A stretch of 64,000 nucleotides of DNA, from positions 2,964-66,963 of the IMG/VR virus record IMGVR_UViG_3300038679_000016. The stretch is one strand, 5' to 3'. A program made the translations under genes and the position numbers. Source of the stretch: a virus (taxonomy: Duplodnaviria > Caudoviricetes). The notes under the pieces were generated by a model that saw only the letters and a list, made by a program, of their open reading frames with translations, did no database searches and had not been told where the DNA came from. Numbering within the stretch: the first letter of the stretch is position 1; each line of letters opens with the position of its first letter. Below are positions 27,582 through 36,342 of the stretch, one piece after another.

Positions 27582-28133
27582 CTACCGTCCGCGAGGACGG
27601 CCTCGTTGTTCAATTTTAATGCCAGTACTTGGAATATACCGATTATCTCGACCAGGACCAGCGCTACCATCGGCGTCAGTGCCTTGCCGGAGACCAGCTT
27701 CCAAGGCGTCAATATGTTCCATCTTCACCGCTTGGTCTTCGTCGTACAGTTCATCAGGAATCTCCATCAGGTATCCAGTCATTGGCCGATGGTCTTTATG
27801 GCTGCCAACCACCTGAGAGACTCTACTGTCCAGCCCTTCGCGTGTAGTTACCTTTAACGCACCAGTCGGACTTTCTTCAAGAGCATCTTGCTGCACAAAA
27901 GACCAGCCACCGGCCAGGAATTTATCCAGCCGCCCATGCCGATCACACACAACTCGGCGGGCATAGCCTTCTCGGCGCGGATAATCCAAACTCATGCTGG
28001 GGATACCAGGCGGCACCCGGTTCTTACGGATGCGCTCGATCTCCAGCTGCCGTTGGCTCTTTACTTCTTCTTTATCTTCTGTCTTTTCAGTACTGATTAT
28101 CTTCGTACTCATCTCTTTATCTCCCATTACCAC
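27582..28133 (-). CDS. Conserved head-operon hypothetical protein
   Basis: 183 aa between scaffold and cement genes. Confidence 0.6.
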   Translation of the reverse strand: MVMGDKEMSTKIISTEKTEDKEEVKSQRQLEIERIRKNRVPPGIPSMSLDYPRREGYARRVVCDRHGRLDKFLAGGWSFVQQDALEESPTGALKVTTREGLDSRVSQVVGSHKDHRPMTGYLMEIPDELYDEDQAVKMEHIDALEAGLRQGTDADGSAGPGRDNRYIPSTGIKIEQRGRPRGR

Positions 28134-29008
28134 TTATAACTAGCCAGGTAGTCAGCACGAGTCAGACCAGATATCGTACCTTTCTCGCCTTTACCATCGC
28201 TACCTGTCCACTTATCGCATTGTTTCTTTGCATCTGGTGGCAAATCAGCATACGTCTTTCCGCTACCACTAGACGGGGTTCCACCAGTATCGCCCTCTAC
28301 TGGACTTCCCTTTGCCCGGGCAGGATTACCGAACCGTTCCGGGAAGCGCTTTTTTACCAACTTAGTCAACTCCTCCAGCCTCTTGCTCCGAGGCAGTTTA
28401 AATCCATGCTTCGTCTGGAGGAACTGATCCATCTGCTGAGCGTAGGCAAACATATCTGGATCTTCCTCGAACCAGGTATTCTCGACCTTCCACTCATCGT
28501 AGGCAGTCGGCTCTGCAGCCATCCATTCCCGGTACTCGTCATCAGGACTCTTTGGTCGCTGATCAGCAGCATCGACCTTTGGCTCTTTGCCAGGAACAAC
28601 AGGATATTCAGCAATCAAGCCATCTAGTTTCTCGGTTGCCTCAACGAAAGCAGGCATATCGCCCTCGTCTTTCGCCCGCTGTTGCTGGGCCATCAGTTCT
28701 CTCTTCGCCTTCTCGTAGGCCCGTTGCTCGGCGCCCCGACTTACCTGGACAAATTCTTGCATATCCTGCTGCATAGCAGCAATCCGATCAGTCTGTTCCT
28801 GCAAGGCCCGAGCTTGCTGCTCCATCTTCCGCTCCATCGTCTTGATGGTGCCTTTAGCATGGGGCAGACTCTCTTCGGCCATCCGCACGAATGTTTCAGC
28901 GGGAACCCAGTTATCAGGATTTCCCCGGAACTGTTCCTGCGGAAGCCAGCCCATCTGAGTTGCACGGCTCTCGATTCCGTTGTTTGTACTCACACTTTCT
29001 TCGGCCAT
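28127..29008 (-). CDS. Scaffolding protein
   Basis: A.QMGW.P.EQFRG....WV.AE.F; long coiled coil; AAGGAG RBS. Confidence 0.7.
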   Translation of the reverse strand: MAEESVSTNNGIESRATQMGWLPQEQFRGNPDNWVPAETFVRMAEESLPHAKGTIKTMERKMEQQARALQEQTDRIAAMQQDMQEFVQVSRGAEQRAYEKAKRELMAQQQRAKDEGDMPAFVEATEKLDGLIAEYPVVPGKEPKVDAADQRPKSPDDEYREWMAAEPTAYDEWKVENTWFEEDPDMFAYAQQMDQFLQTKHGFKLPRSKRLEELTKLVKKRFPERFGNPARAKGSPVEGDTGGTPSSGSGKTYADLPPDAKKQCDKWTGSDGKGEKGTISGLTRADYLASYKW

Positions 29009-29037
29009 CTTACTGTCTCCTTTCTATCTTATGTTCG

Positions 29038-29046
29038 ATTATAGCA
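29038..29046 (-). promoter_or_regulatory. Extended -10 promoter element (TGCTATAAT) for scaffold-capsid operon
   Basis: TGnTATAAT 30 nt upstream of the scaffold start; dispersed palindrome covers its -35/spacer. Confidence 0.6.
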
Positions 29047-29048
29047 AT

Positions 29049-29067
29049 CATGTTAAAATTTAACGTG
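29049..29067. promoter_or_regulatory. Dispersed palindrome copy 4 (flanks -)
   Basis: agcaat CATGTTAAAATTTAACGTG atttcc. Confidence 0.85.
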
Positions 29068-29126
29068 ATTTCCAATTACTACTCGCACGGCAAAATTTCT
29101 ATATTTCTAATCCATTTTCTACCTAC

Positions 29127-29450
29127 TCATTCCTCCGCCAATCGTCCCAGTACATCTTTATCATTAACTATTCTATACAGTGTACCGTCAGGACCCTCAT
29201 GAATTAGTCCAGAGGCAACTGCGACATAAACTCTATGACCTGGTTCCGGCCTATACCCACCCCAATCTCTAAAAGCATTGGCAGATGCCAGGATAAAAGT
29301 TGCTTTACACGTCTGATACTTCTCTCTGTCTCTTACAGTGTCAGGTTTATAAAGTCCACCACTGGTTTTCTCAGTAACTGGATCTGGAAACACTAAACAG
29401 CGATATTCACATAATTCGGTAATGCCAGACTTATTTTCCACCATAGCCAT
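29127..29450 (-). CDS. GroES-like co-chaperonin
   Basis: RCLVFPDPVTEKTSGGLYKPD...EPGHRV...DGTLYRIVNDKDVLG. Confidence 0.75.
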   Translation of the reverse strand: MAMVENKSGITELCEYRCLVFPDPVTEKTSGGLYKPDTVRDREKYQTCKATFILASANAFRDWGGYRPEPGHRVYVAVASGLIHEGPDGTLYRIVNDKDVLGRLAEE

Positions 29451-29740
29451 TACTCCTCCTCCTTTTCTTCGTCCTTTCTTGCCTGCGCTTCTTCAATTTG
29501 CAGCAACAACTCCACCTCGAAATCATCCAGCAGTGCCCCGAGACCAGCGATGATGCCAACTGTCTCTGCCGTCTCCTTAATCTCCAACCCCGGCCGCTGC
29601 AACGTGCCACCGAAGGCCAGCTTCTGTACCTGCGCGCTGCGTTCGGCTTCCAGAAACTCCAATACCTTCACAGTGGTAGGATGTTGTTTCCACATCTGCC
29701 ACTCGGACAGGCTGACTTGTATCTCACGGTCGGTTAGCAT
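29450..29740 (-). CDS. Hypothetical protein (post-portal)
   Basis: W..WKQHP.T.KVLE.L pattern; coupled to the GroES-like gene. Confidence 0.6.
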   Translation of the reverse strand: MLTDREIQVSLSEWQMWKQHPTTVKVLEFLEAERSAQVQKLAFGGTLQRPGLEIKETAETVGIIAGLGALLDDFEVELLLQIEEAQARKDEEKEEE

Positions 29741-29783
29741 TTATTGTTGTTCCTCAATCACTTTTCGCATAGCAGGATTGTTC

Positions 29784-32312
29784 CTACATCGGTACTGGCA
29801 CTTGTGCCTCTGGCCACACTCCAGTAAGTCTGCTTTCTTTAAGCCTATTAGCTCTTTGTTCGTATTCAGTCATATCTTCTAATGATGACGACCGTGGAGG
29901 TGCTAAGCCTAATTCACGGGCCTCGTTATAGCGTGTTTGGAAATATAATTCTGTGTCGTGTACTGCATTAGCAGTAGGCATCACAACCTCTGGTCCCTCC
30001 TCTCCGACCAGATAGGGTTGATTAGGGTTTACCGGACCACCCCCAGCTCGGCCAGGAATCATACTCATCGGCACAGCTCCCATCGGAGGTTCTTCTCCAG
30101 TAGGCTCAGGCGCCTCATTCTCCGGCCCACCCATGCCAGCGAACCGATCAACCGCCCCTTTAACTCCTGCTACCTTTGCCTCAGTCTCTGCCGACAGACG
30201 CTGCATCTCCATCTTGTAATATTCCAGATAAACCTGCCGACCAGTATCTTCCGTCTTCGCCAACTTCAGCATCGTATCAGCCTTCACGTTGCCAATACGT
30301 TCCTCGATCTCCTGCAACTCCAGCTTAAACTTCAACATATCCATTTGCAGCCGAACCTGCGCTTCCTGCGCTTGCTGCGTCATACGTTCAGCCTTAGCCT
30401 GAGCCAACACTTGTTGCGGAGCCGGCGGAGGACTCCACGGGGTCGGTTCTTTTCCAGACATCTGGCCATCGGTCAACAGGAGATCATCCACATTCTCCGG
30501 TCGCACAGCCTTCACCAGCCTGCGAGTCATCTCCACTTCGTTAAGGCCAGGCCGTCCACTCAACTCCTTCAGTGCCTGACTCTTCAACACTCTCTGCATA
30601 TCAGACGACAGCTCCGGATCAGCTACCGGCATGACCATCGTGTCACCTTGGATATAATCATTTTGCTCTACATACTGTTCCGACTGACCGCTGATGTAGA
30701 ATGACACCTTCGGTTCCAGAAACCGAGCATTCAAGGTGTACATCTTCTTGAATTCTTCGGACAGGCTTCTGTAGACACGCTTATATATACCAGTGAATAC
30801 CTTCAGTCCCTGCTCCACGAGAGCCATGATAGTACCCACCGGCATATTCGACGCCAGCTTTGCATCGCCAGCCAAGATATCCTGCAGACTGCTGATATCT
30901 TTTCCGGCCTGCACAAGAAATCCCAGCAGTTGAAACAATACAACAGACGGCTCTTTTGCTGGCAACGGCACAATATTCTCTTTCAGAGCAGCGCCGTGGG
31001 CATCAACCAGCTTCCATTCACCGGGCCGAAAATTCCACTGGCCGCCACGAAGCTTCACACCCTTTCCAATAAAGCCACCACCAGCATTGGCTAGGGTGCC
31101 AGAATCAAGCAGCTGATTCAGTGCCGTATTAGCCGAGGCGTTGATGGCTTCCAATAGCTGCCCGAAGCCCAGGTAATTAATAGAGCCATCTGGATTAGGA
31201 ATAAAGCCGAAATGGGTAAAGTAATGGTCAGGAAGTATGCGTACAAGGCGACTGTTGTCGCCCAGCTCTATGCCATCAGGAATCCACCGAGCAACTACCC
31301 GAACAACCTGGACTGTCGTTTTATGGACTGTTACAATATACGGTTCTTTGTAGCCATCGCCGTCGAGATCGTCCCACCGATGCTGTTCATAGAACTCATG
31401 CGGAGCGTCGGTGTCATTGTCGGTAGATGGCGGTGTGCCGAGGTCTACCTTCAACCACACACCACTGTTCATCTTCTCAACAGCCTCGTTACCGTAGATC
31501 CACAGTCGGTGAGTAATACGTCGGGCTTTCTTCAGATCACGACTCCGCCCCTTTGATACAACACAGTCATCTGGTAGTACTAACTCACTGATATTGTGCC
31601 GATCCTGAGCGCTGAAATACGTCTTCTTATAGCACTGTCCCACAACTGGCAGCACATGAAGCATACAATCCGTGTCAGCTTCCCAATCATTCATCTCTTG
31701 AGTTAGCTGCCAGTTCATGTGTTGGCTAATGCGGTTAGCCCGTTGCTGCTTCGGACTCTCCGGCATCGGTTGTGGAGGTGAGCCAGGCTGGGGACCAGGA
31801 CCTTGTATAGGTATAGGTTGACCACCCATCATAGGCATACCAGGAGGAAGTTGTGGGACAGGGGCAGCGCCCTGGGCAGATACTGCGCCGGCTGGAGAAG
31901 GTCCCATTGCGACGGCAGTGGGCAAGCCAGCTTGTGGTCCAGGCGGGAGTCCTGCCATCGGAGCCGGTGACTTACGGTCATCCCCAGTAATCTGACACTT
32001 CACAATCCGCTGACCTTTACATATTTCAGGATAAGCCCGAGCGGCGAACTGGATTGTGGCGACAGTTATGAGGGGATATTTAACATTAGCTGCCCCTTCC
32101 CACGGAGTACTTTTCTTCTCTAATACCTGTTTCGCAAGCTTCAACGCCCGTGCGGACTGCGCATCCCATTCAGCTCGGTTAGCCCGATCTATGTCATACG
32201 AGCGGATGACATCCTGAGCCAATGCTGACAGTTCTTCCTTTGCCAGATCGTCGGCTAAGTTCTTATTATCAGGAGCTCCAACGAGCCATTGTAGGGAACG
32301 CTTTCTTGTCAT
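29784..32312 (-). CDS. Portal protein (P22-like, long barrel)
   Basis: PWEGAANVKYPLIT.A.IQF.ARAYP; GQCYKKTYF; follows terminase. Confidence 0.85.
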   Translation of the reverse strand: MTRKRSLQWLVGAPDNKNLADDLAKEELSALAQDVIRSYDIDRANRAEWDAQSARALKLAKQVLEKKSTPWEGAANVKYPLITVATIQFAARAYPEICKGQRIVKCQITGDDRKSPAPMAGLPPGPQAGLPTAVAMGPSPAGAVSAQGAAPVPQLPPGMPMMGGQPIPIQGPGPQPGSPPQPMPESPKQQRANRISQHMNWQLTQEMNDWEADTDCMLHVLPVVGQCYKKTYFSAQDRHNISELVLPDDCVVSKGRSRDLKKARRITHRLWIYGNEAVEKMNSGVWLKVDLGTPPSTDNDTDAPHEFYEQHRWDDLDGDGYKEPYIVTVHKTTVQVVRVVARWIPDGIELGDNSRLVRILPDHYFTHFGFIPNPDGSINYLGFGQLLEAINASANTALNQLLDSGTLANAGGGFIGKGVKLRGGQWNFRPGEWKLVDAHGAALKENIVPLPAKEPSVVLFQLLGFLVQAGKDISSLQDILAGDAKLASNMPVGTIMALVEQGLKVFTGIYKRVYRSLSEEFKKMYTLNARFLEPKVSFYISGQSEQYVEQNDYIQGDTMVMPVADPELSSDMQRVLKSQALKELSGRPGLNEVEMTRRLVKAVRPENVDDLLLTDGQMSGKEPTPWSPPPAPQQVLAQAKAERMTQQAQEAQVRLQMDMLKFKLELQEIEERIGNVKADTMLKLAKTEDTGRQVYLEYYKMEMQRLSAETEAKVAGVKGAVDRFAGMGGPENEAPEPTGEEPPMGAVPMSMIPGRAGGGPVNPNQPYLVGEEGPEVVMPTANAVHDTELYFQTRYNEARELGLAPPRSSSLEDMTEYEQRANRLKESRLTGVWPEAQVPVPM

Positions 32313-32335
32313 TCTATTTCCGTTTTTACAGGAAT

Positions 32336-32354
32336 CGTGTTAAATTTTAACATG
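32336..32354. promoter_or_regulatory. Dispersed palindrome copy 5 (flanks -)
   Basis: aggaat CGTGTTAAATTTTAACATG attcat; upstream of portal. Confidence 0.85.
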
Positions 32355-32397
32355 ATTCATTATAGGTAAAAATCGGAGCCAAGGTCCGATCGGCTCA

Positions 32398-32607
32398 TTA
32401 TTTACACTTCCCCAGACTACGTTTCTGAAAACAGTTAAATCCAATAGCCTTCCAACCACTTTGTTTAGCCGCATCAACTGCAGCCAGCCATGATCCACGC
32501 ACGAAACCACTGTACAAAAGCCATCCCGGTAAGTCAGAATATTCTGTCCCATACGGCTCTGGCCATCCTTGCAGTCGTGGGTCTGGTGGAAGGACAGTTA
32601 TCATCAC
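32398..32607 (-). CDS. Hypothetical protein
   Basis: 69 aa between terminase and portal. Confidence 0.45.
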   Translation of the reverse strand: MMITVLPPDPRLQGWPEPYGTEYSDLPGWLLYSGFVRGSWLAAVDAAKQSGWKAIGFNCFQKRSLGKCK

Positions 32608-32615
32608 TCATTTCG

Positions 32616-34226
32616 TTAATAGCCAGTCCAGTCCGACTTGCCTTCTGGAGCCAACTGGCTAGGCCTATAGAAAAATCCATCTACATCATGAGGCAAATCA
32701 TCCACATCATTCCAATCTTCTATAGGGCCAGATGCTTCCAGCACCTTATCCTCAATTCGACTGGCAGCATCCAGTAGATCGTCATGGGTACTGAACGGAA
32801 AGCGCAGATATTCTTCATCCACAAACACCTTCACCAGGTCAACTACATTCCCTTCTTTGTCCTCGTACTCCAAATGCGCCGGCAGATATATCCGCCCTTG
32901 CTCAAAAGCTGGAATCAACCGGGCTATCCGGTCTGCTTTCGACAGTTTATTTCCGCCCAACTCGACAAAGAGGTGACCAAAATAGTTGCCCTCAATCTCC
33001 ATCATAGATTCAAAGTGCTGAATGTCCGCAGTCATCCCGTACTGCTCATAGCCTATACGTTGAATGCCCCGGTGCTTTTTCCGCATTGCCTTCAAATACT
33101 TCCACCGCTCGGTCAGAGTCAGCTTATCGCGGATAGCATCGACTAGGAACTTGTTGTCGTTGTCGTCCAGGCCCCATAGCCAATATACAGTAAAGTCACT
33201 GCCGGTCAGCTTCCGCTTTTTCTCGTTGGCTGGATCACACAGTAGGTACAACGACAGTTGTTCCGGCAGCTGACGATACCACTTCAGCCACTCGTACTTA
33301 AAGCGCTGATCTTTCTTCGCTATTGGATTCAGTAACATCTGGGTGGAATAGACGTACGGTCCCAGGTCCCGGCGCTTCTTTGCCAGCTTATCTTCTGGCA
33401 GAAAGGTCGGCCTGCCATGTTCATCCTCAGCCGGATACTTCCGTACCAGCCAGCCACCTTGCTTCATCAACTTAACGTGCTGATCGTTGAAGTGGTATAT
33501 TGTGCCAATAACCCGCTGGATACCATCATCCGCCCCGAGGTTACCACTCATCTTAAAGCACTCGTCGGTTTTCTTCAACTGTTCAGCAGTGCGGACAGAG
33601 TCGATAGTTACAATATCATCGTAGTTTAATATTGGAAAGTGTTTACTGGTGGGCTGACCGTCTGTAAGTCCCCATGCCTCAACTGTAGACTCTTGGAAAA
33701 CAGACGGACGGTTGACTAATATGCCATCATCCTCTGACCACTTAGGCGATTGTGATGTAGGATTTTGGTACAGAATATCTGGAAACAACGCCTTGAGGAG
33801 GTCGTTTGATTCAAGCGTTAGTTTAATGCGACGGAGGAAGGCTTTGGCGATACTGCGTGTATGGCTGAATATACCAATTCGAGTGTTGGGATCACGTAGA
33901 ATACACTGTATGTTGAGACCGTAGGTTATGATAGTCGATTTAAAAAATTCCCTGGCCCACAAATCGAGTGTTCTGTCATGTGGTTCCTGTACTTCTTTAA
34001 CACGTTCAACAAGGAAGGGATGATTAACTGGCACACGCAGGATAAAATACAGAAGAAAGAACAAGTCCTCCTCACACCAGTACCGCATAAAGTACTGGAG
34101 TTTCTTCTGATCCCCAGTCACAAGGCTATTAATCTCCGCTACGATCTTCTCGTAGTCGTAAGAGTAGTTAGCCCCTGTAACAGGCACAAATGACAGGCCA
34201 GTTATCAATCTATCAGCTCCGTACAC
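32616..34226 (-). CDS. terL: Terminase large subunit
   Basis: LWAREFFKST (Walker A variant), GQPTSKHF..LNYDDIV (Walker B), LLCDPA...DFT, FPFSTHDDLLDA. Confidence 0.9.
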   Translation of the reverse strand: MYGADRLITGLSFVPVTGANYSYDYEKIVAEINSLVTGDQKKLQYFMRYWCEEDLFFLLYFILRVPVNHPFLVERVKEVQEPHDRTLDLWAREFFKSTIITYGLNIQCILRDPNTRIGIFSHTRSIAKAFLRRIKLTLESNDLLKALFPDILYQNPTSQSPKWSEDDGILVNRPSVFQESTVEAWGLTDGQPTSKHFPILNYDDIVTIDSVRTAEQLKKTDECFKMSGNLGADDGIQRVIGTIYHFNDQHVKLMKQGGWLVRKYPAEDEHGRPTFLPEDKLAKKRRDLGPYVYSTQMLLNPIAKKDQRFKYEWLKWYRQLPEQLSLYLLCDPANEKKRKLTGSDFTVYWLWGLDDNDNKFLVDAIRDKLTLTERWKYLKAMRKKHRGIQRIGYEQYGMTADIQHFESMMEIEGNYFGHLFVELGGNKLSKADRIARLIPAFEQGRIYLPAHLEYEDKEGNVVDLVKVFVDEEYLRFPFSTHDDLLDAASRIEDKVLEASGPIEDWNDVDDLPHDVDGFFYRPSQLAPEGKSDWTGY

Positions 34227-34606
34227 TCAACTGGTATAGCGTTGAATCGGTACTTATCTTTCTCGATGGGGCCAAACTCCTCCAGCATATGTCGAAACGA
34301 TATGCCACCAGTAATCTGTACATTCTTCGGAGACAGCTTAACAACCATCTCCAGCCAATCACCAATAGGCATCATTGATGCAGCCGCATACACTTCCGTC
34401 GGTGTCTTAGAATTGAGAAAAAGTGCGCGAATTTTATCCAGCTTACCTGGAATTGGGTCCCTCGCCCAGTCCTCTTCTGCAATAGCCAGAACTGGGGCCC
34501 CACTCTTTCCGTTTCCATTACTCGGAGCAGAGGACAAATCTGGTAGCTCCGCTTCATTCGAGCCCAGAATCATATCAAAGTCATCAAAGTCAACTGGCGG
34601 AGCCAT
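34205..34606 (-). CDS. Putative terminase small subunit
   Basis: Directly upstream of and overlapping terL; start MAPPVDFDDF after GAGG. Confidence 0.5.
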   Translation of the reverse strand: MAPPVDFDDFDMILGSNEAELPDLSSAPSNGNGKSGAPVLAIAEEDWARDPIPGKLDKIRALFLNSKTPTEVYAAASMMPIGDWLEMVVKLSPKNVQITGGISFRHMLEEFGPIEKDKYRFNAIPVECTELID

Positions 34607-34727
34607 CTTCTTCCTCATTCTCAGCCACATTATCTTCAGCTCCAGGTGGAGGAAAGCCACCTTCCTGCGTGAGGAGAGGCTGGTTTTCATACAGAACCTG
34701 AATGTCGGTAATGGCTACGGCAAGCAT
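34590..34727 (-). CDS. Small acidic protein (45 aa), first gene of leftward operon
   Basis: AAAGGT RBS; MLAVAITDIQVLYENQ...EDNVAENEEEDGSAS; not in ORF track. Confidence 0.45.
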   Translation of the reverse strand: MLAVAITDIQVLYENQPLLTQEGGFPPPGAEDNVAENEEEDGSAS

Positions 34728-34766
34728 TTCAATTACCTTTTATGAATAAAACAATGATATGGTATT

Positions 34767-34795
34767 ATTATATTACATCCGGGTCCAGTAGTCAA
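34767..34795 (-). promoter_or_regulatory. Sigma70-type promoter for leftward packaging/virion operon
   Basis: TTGACT-17 bp-TATAAT on minus strand, 40 nt upstream of first ATG. Confidence 0.75.
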
Positions 34796-34885
34796 GCGAT
34801 TTACACAAATCGGTGCATCACATTTACCCACTTTAACACTCCAGGCGCAAAAAATTTTAAAAAATTCCCCGGCACTACAAATAAT

Positions 34886-34904
34886 CATGTTAAATTTTAA
34901 CATG
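34886..34904. promoter_or_regulatory. Dispersed palindrome copy 6 (flanks +)
   Basis: aataat CATGTTAAATTTTAACATG attcct; divergent control region. Confidence 0.85.
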
Positions 34905-35271
34905 ATTCCTATATCCCCCGGGGCGGGGCCCCTGGCCAGATGAATTCAAATCATAGTCGTTATGTGTAACGTTGTAGTAATGATATAGTAACGTTGTAGT
35001 AACGCTGCGTGAAATGAGGAAGAGTGGGTGTGTCGTCTATAATAAATTATTGGAGTCCCGGTTTGCCCATCGCCTCCCCCCGGGCCTCGAACGGGGGCCC
35101 ATTGCGCTCGGTTTACCGTATGCTCGTTATCATCCATACATTTCAGCGTTTATACATGGCATGGTTTGTACGTTGCCTGGTATATATATCGCAGGGTATA
35201 CACAAAATTTCGCTTATACGCTGGCTTGGGTATATCCCCTTCATTATATACATTATGGCAGCCATATCATG

Positions 35272-35290
35272 TTGGCACGCATTATGCAAT
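35272..35290 (+). promoter_or_regulatory. Sigma54 (-24/-12) promoter candidate 1
   Basis: TTGGCACGCATTATGCAAT; GG-N10-GC. Confidence 0.7.
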
Positions 35291-35400
35291 TAAGATATAA
35301 TTATAATTTATCTATATAACCGTTTATTTTTTGGCCGGTTTTGGCCGGTTCAATTCCTTATACTCGGTATCAAAATTTGTATATCCCAATTTATTAACCA

Positions 35401-35413
35401 TATCAATATGTTA
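35401..35413 (+). promoter_or_regulatory. IHF-consensus site
   Basis: TATCAATATGTTA matches WATCAANNNNTTR. Confidence 0.45.
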
Positions 35414-35472
35414 CGTCATTTACCCCAATATCTGGTTCAATTATTTGTACCATTGCCAGATCGGTCAGTTTG

Positions 35473-35485
35473 TAACCCATTGATT
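35473..35485 (-). promoter_or_regulatory. IHF-consensus site just upstream of sigma54 promoter 2
   Basis: Minus strand AATCAATGGGTTA matches WATCAANNNNTTR; ends 29 bp upstream of the -24 GG. Confidence 0.55.
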
Positions 35486-35511
35486 TTATTGAATAAATCC
35501 GGTTGGTATAT

Positions 35512-35530
35512 TTGGCACGCAGTATGCAAT
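35512..35530 (+). promoter_or_regulatory. Sigma54 (-24/-12) promoter candidate 2
   Basis: TTGGCACGCAGTATGCAAT; 18/19 identical to candidate 1, 240 bp downstream. Confidence 0.75.
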
Positions 35531-35680
35531 ACATAACGGCAACCGGAACAATAAAAACCAGACGATGACAATAAAATCCGGGGTTTTTTGATAAATGAAC
35601 GGTTGCCAGGTATTAGGGAAGGTTGCAATACCGACAGCCATTAGGTTGTCGCATTTTATCATAAAAGGCAGGAAAAGAAA

Positions 35681-36250
35681 ATGGCTCGAATTGACAATTG
35701 CGACAAGGTGGTAGGCACTGGCGAAACAATCATTGCTGTAGGCTCGTACAAATCGGGAGAGGATACCCGGTATAAGTACGGTATCAAGCTGAATATCCCG
35801 GCAAAATCGGAGATGCCCGAGGAATTGAACAACAAGATTTACAACCTCGGCCTCCATCGGGCAATGAGCGTGAAAGCCGCCGGTATATTCAACAAGGCCA
35901 ACGATTTTGGCTCGGACGAAGACGCCGTTGCATTTGCCACCATGTTCTCCACCGTGGAAGGCTGGACCGAGGCCTTTGAAAAAGTCCGCCGGGAAGGTGG
36001 CGGAGTGGCAAAGGTAGATTCGGACGAATCGCTGGCTATCCGTTTCCTGATGAAGGTACTGCGGAAGGCTGTGGAAAGTGGTACGCTGACCACGGCCAAG
36101 GTGCCGGTTATCAATGCCGACAATCCGCCCAAGACAGAGAAGGGTGCTATCAATTACAACGCCTGGGCAAAGCAGCAAAAAGAGGGCGAGCATCCCTGGT
36201 ATGCGGTTGCGTACAAGAAGGTTACAGCCGCTGAAAAGGGTTTTGATTAA
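35681..36250 (+). CDS. Hypothetical protein, first gene of rightward arm
   Basis: 189 aa, AGGA RBS, strongly biased coding-like sequence. Confidence 0.75.
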   Translation: MARIDNCDKVVGTGETIIAVGSYKSGEDTRYKYGIKLNIPAKSEMPEELNNKIYNLGLHRAMSVKAAGIFNKANDFGSDEDAVAFATMFSTVEGWTEAFEKVRREGGGVAKVDSDESLAIRFLMKVLRKAVESGTLTTAKVPVINADNPPKTEKGAINYNAWAKQQKEGEHPWYAVAYKKVTAAEKGFD

Positions 36251-36279
36251 TCTCTATCTGACGAGCCAATAACGGCGAA

Positions 36280-36301
36280 ACGGGGCTGGGTATTGCCCCG
36301 T
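36280..36301 (+). terminator. GC hairpin after first rightward gene (no U-tract)
   Basis: ACGGGGC-8 nt-GCCCCGT. Confidence 0.35.
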
Positions 36302-36342
36302 CATAGAGTACGAATTTAAAATAAACCGATAGGAGGTACGCT

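Noticed and set aside
29958-30704. 248-aa + strand ORF and other long antisense ORFs (35486..36193, 39846..40730, 43907..44224, 46738..47325)
   Set aside because: Shadows of well-supported genes on the opposite strand; no RBS or family motifs
34886-34904. Palindrome as a NifA-type enhancer for the sigma54 promoters
   Set aside because: Spacing is TGT-N9-ACA rather than N10, it lies about 370 bp upstream, and most copies are nowhere near sigma54 promoters
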